Shown: positions 18,160 through 26,322 of the stretch, one piece after another
How the letters are laid out: each line of letters starts with the position of its first letter
Numbering within the stretch: position 1 is the first letter of the stretch
Assembly (NCBI GenBank): GCA_041649835.1
Contig: JBAZML010000002.1
Coordinates: forward strand, 3,318-67,317
Origin: Candidatus Shapirobacteria bacterium
GTDB lineage: Bacteria; Patescibacteriota; Microgenomatia; UBA12405
DNA length: 64,000 bases
Reading direction: 5' to 3'
The notes under the pieces: generated by a model
What the model saw: only the letters and a program-made list of their open reading frames with translations
Told to the model about the DNA's origin: nothing
Databases searched by the model: none
Position numbers and translations under genes: made by a program

Positions 18160-18555
18160 TTACTTTAATTTAGTATAGTCTATCGCAGATAGTTCATTTT
18201 CTACTGCGTCTTCATAGTCAGGCATATCAAACAGCTCTTTTTTGATCCCGGCATGCTTATGTTGTTGCTTTAAATACATAAGAAAAGCATTTCTACATAT
18301 TGTAGTTATATACGCAAAAGCATTTGTTGTTTTTTCTGTATTAAAATTATACAAATATTTGCAACAGGTTAACAAAGCCTCGGCAACCATATCTTCTCTA
18401 TATGTGTAACCTGCAAATCTTCCACTACATCCTAAATTTGTCGCAATATCAAAAATCATAGAACCCAAATTCTCTGACATCTTTCCGCTTTCTTTATAAA
18501 GTTTTAATTCTTCTAATAGATCCTTATTTTTCACATAAAATTTAGCATTTGCCAT
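18160..18555 (-). CDS. T4 gp55-like late-transcription sigma factor
   Basis: KFYVKNKDLLEEL and FAGYTYREDMVAEALLTCCKYLYNFNTEKTTNAFAYITTICRNAF align with T4 gp55 ([61 protein letters not shown]). Confidence 0.75.
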   Translation of the reverse strand: MANAKFYVKNKDLLEELKLYKESGKMSENLGSMIFDIATNLGCSGRFAGYTYREDMVAEALLTCCKYLYNFNTEKTTNAFAYITTICRNAFLMYLKQQHKHAGIKKELFDMPDYEDAVENELSAIDYTKLK

Positions 18556-18565
18556 TGTTCACCTT

Positions 18566-20254
18566 TTAGAAGTTTGTTGTGCTTACCCTACGCCATTTAT
18601 TGGTATCAAAACAAAGATAGACATAGGACCCATCCCAGCATATTTGTCCAGCATATCCTGCTGCGGCTGAAGTTGCTGGAGTTTTAGAAGTTCTGATTCT
18701 TATACTATCATCAATAACATCCAATGGAGCGGTAGGAGTAGTATTTTGTCCCAACACTAACCATCCATCTCCCCTTAATTTAGCTGCTGATGCTTCTAAT
18801 GTGTTAGTATAAGTAGTTGTCCACTTATAATCACCCGTTCCTAAAGAATACGTAGTAGCAAATTTAGGTCTTAAAGAAAGGTCGAATATACCAGAAGTAG
18901 AAAGGCTGCTTACTTGAAAGTCTCCTAAAGAAGTGGTTTCGAGGTCTGAATATATCCCAGTGCTGTATAATAACCTTAATTGTGGCCCAGCTGCATCTAC
19001 AATTTCGAATTTTCTTGTACCAGCAGAATTTCCTACAACAACTCTATTATTTGTTGAATCTATAAATAAGGTATTAGTATCAAAATTTAAACTATTAGGA
19101 ATACTTACAGTTCCAGCATTTATCGTTACACTATCGCCGATAACATCTCCGAGAATAGTATTTCCAGATACAGTTAGAGTTCCAGTTTTAACACTAGTAT
19201 CTGCGTAAAAAGTTCCTGTAGAAATATTTGTAGCTTCAAGATTTACTGTAAATATTGATGTACTAGATCTTAATATACTAAAATACCCAGCTGCCCCTAC
19301 TGTTTGTCCTATAATTATGTTGTCAATATACCCGCCATCTAAATTTACATTTATAGAATTTAAATTTGTTATGGTGCCATTAGTTACGGTTCCTAAATTT
19401 GTTATATTAGCCGTAGTAATGTTAGCTGTGGTGATGTTAGCTGTAGTTAAAGTAGCTAACGTAGAGGCTAGAGTCGCTATAGTTCCAGTTGTTATATTAG
19501 CTGTAGTTAAAGTAGCTAACGTAGAGGCTAGAGTCGCTATAGTTCCGGTTGTAGCTATTAAAGTAGTAAAAGTTCCTGCAGCTGGAACCGCTCCACCTAT
19601 AATGGTTCCATCTATAGCACCACCATTAATGTCAACCAGAGGAATCTGAACGGCCCCGGTTGAATTAAGAATGGTTAAACCATTAACACTGTTGTAATTA
19701 GATATGTTTAGATCTGTTGCACTTCTTCCACGAATAAAGGCTGCTAATATTGAGTATGTTGGACCAATGTCCCAATTTCCTGTTAATAATCTGCTACCAT
19801 TGGTTTTTAGATATTGAGTATGTTCATCTACAGACACATCGGTTTTGTGATCTTGCCACCCCTTTGCTAGAGCGTTATTTACAACCTTACTATAATATTC
19901 ACTAGTAGAATTAGTATCTACACTTCTTCTTGTAACATCAAAAAGCTGCAAATTATCAAGATTTCCAGCGGTTATTCCGCTCCCAGACCAGGTTATTTTA
20001 AAGAGTCTTTGATACTCATAACCATACGTTGATCCACCTTCTTCCAAATCAGCAACAAAAAATTCAAAATATCCATTTGCATCAGTAATTATTGGGGTTG
20101 CATATGAGGTTGTAGGAGACCCAGCTTGTGTTATGTATATATTGGCGTATGTAGCTGAACCTCCGGCCAGAGGATACGCATAAACATGTATAATAGCCCC
20201 GGAAACAGGCTCTCCTCGATAGTTTAGCAAATAGTTATAGAACTTCGTTTTCAT
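18566..20254 (-). CDS. tail fibre protein with internal tandem repeats
   Basis: TGTIATLASTLATLTTANIT repeat, G/T/N-rich beta-rich composition, C-terminal conserved knob; downstream of baseplate genes. Confidence 0.55.
   Translation of the reverse strand: MKTKFYNYLLNYRGEPVSGAIIHVYAYPLAGGSATYANIYITQAGSPTTSYATPIITDANGYFEFFVADLEEGGSTYGYEYQRLFKITWSGSGITAGNLDNLQLFDVTRRSVDTNSTSEYYSKVVNNALAKGWQDHKTDVSVDEHTQYLKTNGSRLLTGNWDIGPTYSILAAFIRGRSATDLNISNYNSVNGLTILNSTGAVQIPLVDINGGAIDGTIIGGAVPAAGTFTTLIATTGTIATLASTLATLTTANITTGTIATLASTLATLTTANITTANITTANITNLGTVTNGTITNLNSINVNLDGGYIDNIIIGQTVGAAGYFSILRSSTSIFTVNLEATNISTGTFYADTSVKTGTLTVSGNTILGDVIGDSVTINAGTVSIPNSLNFDTNTLFIDSTNNRVVVGNSAGTRKFEIVDAAGPQLRLLYSTGIYSDLETTSLGDFQVSSLSTSGIFDLSLRPKFATTYSLGTGDYKWTTTYTNTLEASAAKLRGDGWLVLGQNTTPTAPLDVIDDSIRIRTSKTPATSAAAGYAGQICWDGSYVYLCFDTNKWRRVSTTNF
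19441..19560. repeat. 60-bp direct tandem repeat x2 (one mismatch) inside tail fibre gene, flanked by degenerate ANITT-encoding copies
   Basis: 19441-19500 and 19501-19560 identical except a/g at ~19546. Confidence 0.8.
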
Positions 20255-20269
20255 AGGTGTACCTGCAGT

Positions 20270-20277
20270 TATTTATA
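20270..20277 (-). promoter_or_regulatory. T4-type late promoter motif (TATAAATA on minus strand)
   Basis: tatttata on plus strand 15 nt upstream of fibre ATG; overlaps stop of upstream gene. Confidence 0.35.
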
Positions 20278-23200
20278 AATTTTTATTGATTCTATAGAAG
20301 CTCGTTATATCGAAATTGGATACTTTATATAGTTCACTTTTGATATACGTATAGAACATAAGTTCATCATCCTCATTAAAAAGCCCCATTTCGGTTATAG
20401 TAGTTTCCTCTTTATTACCATTGAAAAACCCCTTAATATAATATTTATTAGAGTCTTCAGTAATTATTAAATCGTAAATATACGAACTTATTAAGGTATT
20501 TTTCAGAGCATTATTTCCTATAGCATCATAGTTTTCAGTTGAAGCCCCGTTTCCGATCTCGATATATCCGTTTGACAAAGATTCTATTACATATTCTTTA
20601 GTATATAGTCCACCTAGACATGTTACAAAAGCGTATCCTGACTTTTGCTCTTCAAGAGTAATAGTAATCTGTTTTTTATCTCGAAACAAAGTTATTGTTT
20701 TTGGGAATATTTGTTTTAGTTCGTCATCATAAAGTTGAACTAGTACTCCCTTATGATCCAGGGTATGAGTTATAATCCATTCTGTAGAAGCAACAGATTG
20801 TACATATAGATAGTCACTATTTCTAATTTGGCAATATCCTAAAGTTGGTACATACCACGTAGAAGTCATTTGATCCACTTCTGTTATGCTAACATTAGAT
20901 GGCAACATTTGTTCTTTGTCTAAATAGAAGTAATAATCTGAGAGAACTGCACTAGTTTCTTGAGAATGAGTAAATCCCCAAGAAGCAGAAGCTTCATATG
21001 TATTTGTTAAGGTTTCTTTGGCGGCTCCTATTAGACAAAGACCAGAAAATGGAGAATCAAATTCTATAGAAACATTATTAGTATCTATTATTTTTACAGA
21101 AAGAGGAAATACCATTTCATAGGTATTATCATAACATTGTACTAAAACATTCTCTGTATTTAGACCATGAAATATGCTCCATTTAGAAGTTGGAACATAT
21201 TTTCTGTAAATGAACCCGGCAGAAGTAGACTCAGTATCTACACAACAATATGTATAGAAGTCGGCAACATTTCCGTATATATCATCATATGTTTTAATAG
21301 TTTCTTCACTAAAATCTGTTATTGGAGAAAGCAATAAAGAGTAATGAGAGTATTTGGAAGCCGGTCTAGAGACTTCAAGCTGATCATAAAGCATTAAAGC
21401 GTAATCTCTATTAAGAATATCTCTATCACATAAAGGCTCACAATTAAGGTCTATTTCAGCCTTATAATGCGGACTCATTAATAGACCGTCAGCATATGTT
21501 AATTGTCCTACTTCTCTTAGAATGGCCATGCCTGAAGCAGAGCTGGCAAAAGACGCTGTGACATTGTCTTTATCCACAGCTTGAAAATTCTCTGGGCTTC
21601 CTTGAAATAAAGTAGTACACACAGAATCAGCTATTCCGCAGGCAACATACCCAATGGCCGAAGTAGGAAATGTAACAACGATATTATTCTCGTCTACTAT
21701 TTCGACCTCAGGTGTATTATCTTTTACTGTAGGAATGAAACTTTGCTCTGCTACATAGATGATAACATCACCAGAAGTAGGGGTATTAAATAATATATTT
21801 GTCCAATTTTTATTATACAAATGTAATTCATCTGGAATAATCTCTATTCCACCACTATAAACTCTAACAACAATCTCATAATTGTCTAAATAGTGTTCTA
21901 CCCACCAACAAGCACTTGGAATCGTTTGAGTATATGTAAATACTGATTGATCATGATCTATTTGATATGTATTAATAAATATTTGTTCTGCTGCGGATAA
22001 AGAAACTGAAATAGTATCTGTTGACGCGCTAGCTGAAATAGTATTAAGCAGTCTTCTATTTAAATCATATACTTGAATAAAAAGGTTAGAAGAAGAGTAC
22101 TCGTTCATTAATTGAAATACAGTATTGTCTATTCCAGAATAAATGTTTGTAATAATATTCAAAGAATTAAGGTTGTGATTTATGTTCCAAATATTTGAAC
22201 GATATAAGAAGGCTTCAACATAATCTGGAATAGCCACTTCTAAATACCCAGCAAATGGATATGTAGAACTTAAGGCTAAGGTATTAGTATATATTGGTCT
22301 AATGTCTAGATCATTTACCGCGTTATAGTCGGTATCATATGCTTGAAGTAATTGGACGTCTCCACCACTAACAGTATAAGTGGACATCCAACCAGAGGAT
22401 AAAGGCAAAGTTAATGTTTCATCGGCTTCTAATAGAAAAATTCTGCCATTTTCTTCGCTAGCAAAGTTTACTTTCACAACATCATTTGTTATATTATATA
22501 AAGAAGAACAATTTGTTGTGGCTTCGCCCTCAGAATAAATTTGATATACTAAATTTTTGGAATTTAAAGTATGGGTTATGGTCCATGCAGACGTAGCCAT
22601 ACTTAAATAGAAGTCAGCCATTAATGCTTTTGAATCTAAATTATGTTCTATTTCCCATTCCATTTTGTCTATGGCTTGAATATGGAAATAGTCACCTGAT
22701 AGAGCAACAACTTGGGTACCATTATTGCTACTTATATTAGCAACTAAAATATCATTCATACCACTAGGCATTACTGTTTCAAATGTACAGATACCAGAAA
22801 TAGGAAGAGTAGTGGTATTATATGTAAAAGTTGTTGGGTAATATCCTTCTACTAATGGAGCAATTTGATTTAAATTATGAGAATGAAGTTCACTTATAGA
22901 TAGCAAAGGATTCATATACTGAGGCTTAGTTATGAGAGCAAATCCTGTAACCAGTTCATGAAATGTTAATAAAAGAGAACTAGAGTCTATACATGCAACT
23001 TCAGACGGACTAACAAGATTCATATAAGAATCAAAACATTGAATAACCGGAATCCTATCATCAAGGGAATGCGCAATATACCACCTATCAGAAGCATAAT
23101 TCTGTTTATGAATATAACAATTATCTAACGGAACATTAAACCCTTTACCAGAGGCCAGGGTATAATATTCTGCCCCTGTACAACCAACAGATAATGCATC

Positions 23201-24172
23201 ATAGTAGCTAAGATAATTGAAATCTATGAAATACGGTTCTAAATCATAGTCATGAGATAAATCAAAAACACTATCTGGATGCCATCTTTCATATACATTT
23301 AAATTATTTTCTGTGGCCCAAAATAGAGTTTTAAATGTTATGTATAGAGATGAATAGGTCCCCTTTCTTTTTAGGTAATTAATTATATTAGCTACAAGTT
23401 CTTTTAGTCTTCTTTCTCTAGCTCTAGTTTCTTCAGAAACTTTATCAATGAATAATGACTCAAAATAGGATTTATTTATTTGATAATTATAAATTTCTGC
23501 TAAATATGGAAGATAATCGAGAGGTATTTCTTTAGCATCTATCAAAGTTTTTATAGTTTTTGCTCTACTATAAAAAGCATTATATACCTGATCAAAAGTA
23601 ATTTTAAAGAATTCTTTTAATTTTGTAGTTTGATTATGTTCTGGAATACATGTTAAAGCATATCTATCATATCCCCAGTAGTCTATTCTATATTGATTAA
23701 CTTCTTTTTGGGGGTATATTTTACCGATATATTGGTGAATTTTATAAGGATTTATAAAATAAGTCATATCAATAGTATTGGTAAAACTGCTTCCATTTTC
23801 TACAAGGTTATCAACATATTCCTGTACTACCCCGCCCTTTCTTCTTAATAAGTAAAAATCTGTTTCGGCCGGAATATCTAAAGCACTGGTTGCCGAAGTT
23901 TCCATAGAACTCATTCTTTCTAAATAGAAGAAATTGTTATTATAATAGTCTTCTTCAGAGACTCCATAAGGTTTAAACGGTATTTCTATTTTTTGAACAA
24001 CCCCATCTAAATCTTCTATTTTAACAATACCGTAGAAATAACTCCAATTCTCTTCTATTACAGTTGTCATTGGTCCTACAAGAACTGATCCTGTATCAGA
24101 TAAAGCAACAGTACAAAATTTTGCTAAAAAGTCAGCTAGAATAAATTTTGGAAACTCTGAAAATTTAGGCAT
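20273..24172 (-). CDS. large baseplate/tail-fibre structural protein (1299 aa)
   Basis: Position between baseplate-J-like gene and fibre gene; size and S/T/N-rich composition. Confidence 0.45.
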   Translation of the reverse strand: MPKFSEFPKFILADFLAKFCTVALSDTGSVLVGPMTTVIEENWSYFYGIVKIEDLDGVVQKIEIPFKPYGVSEEDYYNNNFFYLERMSSMETSATSALDIPAETDFYLLRRKGGVVQEYVDNLVENGSSFTNTIDMTYFINPYKIHQYIGKIYPQKEVNQYRIDYWGYDRYALTCIPEHNQTTKLKEFFKITFDQVYNAFYSRAKTIKTLIDAKEIPLDYLPYLAEIYNYQINKSYFESLFIDKVSEETRARERRLKELVANIINYLKRKGTYSSLYITFKTLFWATENNLNVYERWHPDSVFDLSHDYDLEPYFIDFNYLSYYDALSVGCTGAEYYTLASGKGFNVPLDNCYIHKQNYASDRWYIAHSLDDRIPVIQCFDSYMNLVSPSEVACIDSSSLLLTFHELVTGFALITKPQYMNPLLSISELHSHNLNQIAPLVEGYYPTTFTYNTTTLPISGICTFETVMPSGMNDILVANISSNNGTQVVALSGDYFHIQAIDKMEWEIEHNLDSKALMADFYLSMATSAWTITHTLNSKNLVYQIYSEGEATTNCSSLYNITNDVVKVNFASEENGRIFLLEADETLTLPLSSGWMSTYTVSGGDVQLLQAYDTDYNAVNDLDIRPIYTNTLALSSTYPFAGYLEVAIPDYVEAFLYRSNIWNINHNLNSLNIITNIYSGIDNTVFQLMNEYSSSNLFIQVYDLNRRLLNTISASASTDTISVSLSAAEQIFINTYQIDHDQSVFTYTQTIPSACWWVEHYLDNYEIVVRVYSGGIEIIPDELHLYNKNWTNILFNTPTSGDVIIYVAEQSFIPTVKDNTPEVEIVDENNIVVTFPTSAIGYVACGIADSVCTTLFQGSPENFQAVDKDNVTASFASSASGMAILREVGQLTYADGLLMSPHYKAEIDLNCEPLCDRDILNRDYALMLYDQLEVSRPASKYSHYSLLLSPITDFSEETIKTYDDIYGNVADFYTYCCVDTESTSAGFIYRKYVPTSKWSIFHGLNTENVLVQCYDNTYEMVFPLSVKIIDTNNVSIEFDSPFSGLCLIGAAKETLTNTYEASASWGFTHSQETSAVLSDYYFYLDKEQMLPSNVSITEVDQMTSTWYVPTLGYCQIRNSDYLYVQSVASTEWIITHTLDHKGVLVQLYDDELKQIFPKTITLFRDKKQITITLEEQKSGYAFVTCLGGLYTKEYVIESLSNGYIEIGNGASTENYDAIGNNALKNTLISSYIYDLIITEDSNKYYIKGFFNGNKEETTITEMGLFNEDDELMFYTYIKSELYKVSNFDITSFYRINKNL

Positions 24173-24173
24173 G

Positions 24174-25931
24174 TTAATAAGTTTCCTCTAATATGACACA
24201 ATCTGAAACGCTTAAATATGGAAATTGATTTTGATCTAATTGAATAACTTTAAGTAGATTTTCTTCCCAATGTGCAGTATCGTAATAAATATATTTAGGA
24301 TAGTAACTTGAATCATAATTATACGGATTAATCCAAATCTGTCCTATTTTATCATAAAATGATATTTCTCTAATATTTAGATTTAAAATCCCTGCTACTT
24401 TAGAAAAAGAATTTGTTATCGTCTTTTGATTAAGATCTAGAAGAAAATAAACAATTTCGTTAAAAGAAATTTTCTCATTAAAAGACCGATTTGTGGGTAA
24501 AAAATAATACTCTAATTTATCTTTCAGATCTTTTTGCACTTCAATAAATCTATAGTTACTTCTTATTTTAATAGATAAAGTAAATTTGAAGTACGTAAAA
24601 TCTGGAATAACAAATTCTTCATAGGCGCAAAGCATTTTTCTAGGTTCTAAATATTCAGAAATTAGTGTCATATAGTCAGAGTCGTATGAAGTCGCAATGT
24701 TTATTCCGTCATCATTTGTGTAATATATAAGTTTATCAGTCCATGGTTCTTCTGGAACTATACTAAGATATACTTTATTATAATTTCTTACATCTCCGTT
24801 TGTTATAGGATTTTGTTCTTGTTCTCCCCAAACATTAGCATCTAATATTGTTGAATGTTGAATTAAATATCCTGTATAATCAGATTTAGTTACACATCTA
24901 TATTGAGCATGTGTTATATTCTTTGTATTTTCTTTTATTTGGTCTATTGTTTCAGGACTTGATCCGCCGATAGCACCAGATTCATTATTAATACTAAAAT
25001 CAGCTGTATCTAGGTTATAAACTACTCCAGCTGAAGTCGTCACAGTAATTAGATCATTATTAGCTTGAGTTATCCACCCTGACCCTACATTACCGTCTTC
25101 TCCTAAAGTTTCAAGTAAGGTAACTTCTATAAGATCTGTAGAAATAGGAATATTTCTTGCCTCAGAAAATTCTATAATGTAATTTTCATATTTATCATAT
25201 CTTAAAGTGTAAACATTATCGTCGTCAGCATAAAGTCCGCTAAGATCTTCATAAAAATCGTCTATTCTTGTCCATTCTGTTCCATTTACTTCTAATTTTA
25301 TTGATGGAATACCGTCAAGAGTATCATCGTCGCAGCCAAAGGTTAATGGACTTAGATAAATTTTATTATCTACAAGGTCTCTACCATAATATTGGTAGGA
25401 TTTTACTCTACCTTGAGAAACATTAATTCCACTATACTCATAATACTCAGTAGTTTCATTTAGTGTAAAGTCATCAGGATAAACTAATATTGTTGATTCT
25501 GATGTAGAGAAGTATATGGCTTCAGTACCAGAAATATATGCATCCTCTTCAGTTGGAGGAGAAGTCCAAACGTCTGTCCACGGATATATTCTTATTGTAG
25601 AATTAGGAATCACATTATCAAGAATTGTAAGTTTTAATGTAGTTCTTGCCGAAACATATCCTTTTGGATAATACCCAACTAATTGAGCAAGTCGAGAAAC
25701 GTTTTCGTAAATATCAGCAGAATCTATATAACAGTTTTTAGCTATTTTATTAAGATAGAATGTGTTTAATTCCGCAAGATAAGAAATAAGTTCAACTAAA
25801 ACGGTAATGTTCCCGCCGGAGTAGTTTATATTATTAAATGTAGAACTTAATTCTAATTGTTCTTGGATTTTTGCCTTAATTGTGCTAAAATCCATGTCTA
25901 CAAAATTTGGCATTAGTACGGATGATGTCAT
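24174..25931 (-). CDS. baseplate J-like (gp6/gpJ-family) wedge protein
   Basis: N-terminal ...NITVLVELISYLAELNTFYLNKIAKNCYIDSADIYENVSRLAQLVGY resembles the Baseplate_J signature; follows the gp25-like gene. Confidence 0.55.
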   Translation of the reverse strand: MTSSVLMPNFVDMDFSTIKAKIQEQLELSSTFNNINYSGGNITVLVELISYLAELNTFYLNKIAKNCYIDSADIYENVSRLAQLVGYYPKGYVSARTTLKLTILDNVIPNSTIRIYPWTDVWTSPPTEEDAYISGTEAIYFSTSESTILVYPDDFTLNETTEYYEYSGINVSQGRVKSYQYYGRDLVDNKIYLSPLTFGCDDDTLDGIPSIKLEVNGTEWTRIDDFYEDLSGLYADDDNVYTLRYDKYENYIIEFSEARNIPISTDLIEVTLLETLGEDGNVGSGWITQANNDLITVTTSAGVVYNLDTADFSINNESGAIGGSSPETIDQIKENTKNITHAQYRCVTKSDYTGYLIQHSTILDANVWGEQEQNPITNGDVRNYNKVYLSIVPEEPWTDKLIYYTNDDGINIATSYDSDYMTLISEYLEPRKMLCAYEEFVIPDFTYFKFTLSIKIRSNYRFIEVQKDLKDKLEYYFLPTNRSFNEKISFNEIVYFLLDLNQKTITNSFSKVAGILNLNIREISFYDKIGQIWINPYNYDSSYYPKYIYYDTAHWEENLLKVIQLDQNQFPYLSVSDCVILEETY

Positions 25932-25935
25932 ATGT

Positions 25936-26322
25936 TTACAACCTTTTCAAAATAAAATTCAAAGTTAGGGTTTCTCCAATGGATCCTATAGATTTGAGAC
26001 TATATAAAACCGTAATATTATAAGTAGCTTGTTCCATGGCCATATGTACATTGACGTTCAATATGTCGATTCTGTCTTCCCAGGTATTTAAGGCATCCAA
26101 AATAGCTTCACCAAGGCGCCTAGCAGTATCTTCAGACATTAATTCATGTAAAAGATATACTACTCCATAAGCAAAGTCTGGAAGCATCCTGCGAGAGCCC
26201 TGCATTGTCTTGGCAATATTCATCATAGAAGCTTTGACCGCTTCTATATCACCGAGGGTCTTTATATCCCCGTCTCTCTGTCTACTGAGCTCTAAATCTA
26301 TGTCTTGGTAAGCGTAAGCCAT
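25936..26322 (-). CDS. baseplate wedge protein, gp25/gpW-like
   Basis: 128 aa; GSRRMLPDFAYGV core typical of the GPW/gp25 family; position downstream of spike. Confidence 0.6.
   Translation of the reverse strand: MAYAYQDIDLELSRQRDGDIKTLGDIEAVKASMMNIAKTMQGSRRMLPDFAYGVVYLLHELMSEDTARRLGEAILDALNTWEDRIDILNVNVHMAMEQATYNITVLYSLKSIGSIGETLTLNFILKRL

Noticed and set aside
19381-19600. Possible CRISPR array or mobile-element terminal repeats, suggested by the direct repeats at 19.4 kb and 62.5-62.9 kb
   Set aside because: The repeats are in-frame coding tandem duplications with no spacer-repeat alternation and no cas genes. No IS-like transposase or inverted terminal repeats were seen anywhere in the window.
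19317-19649. Plus-strand ORF 19317..19649 (VMLAVVMLAVVKVANVEARVAIV...)
   Set aside because: It is antisense to the tail-fibre tandem repeat. Its repetitive sequence mirrors the fibre repeat and it has no RBS.
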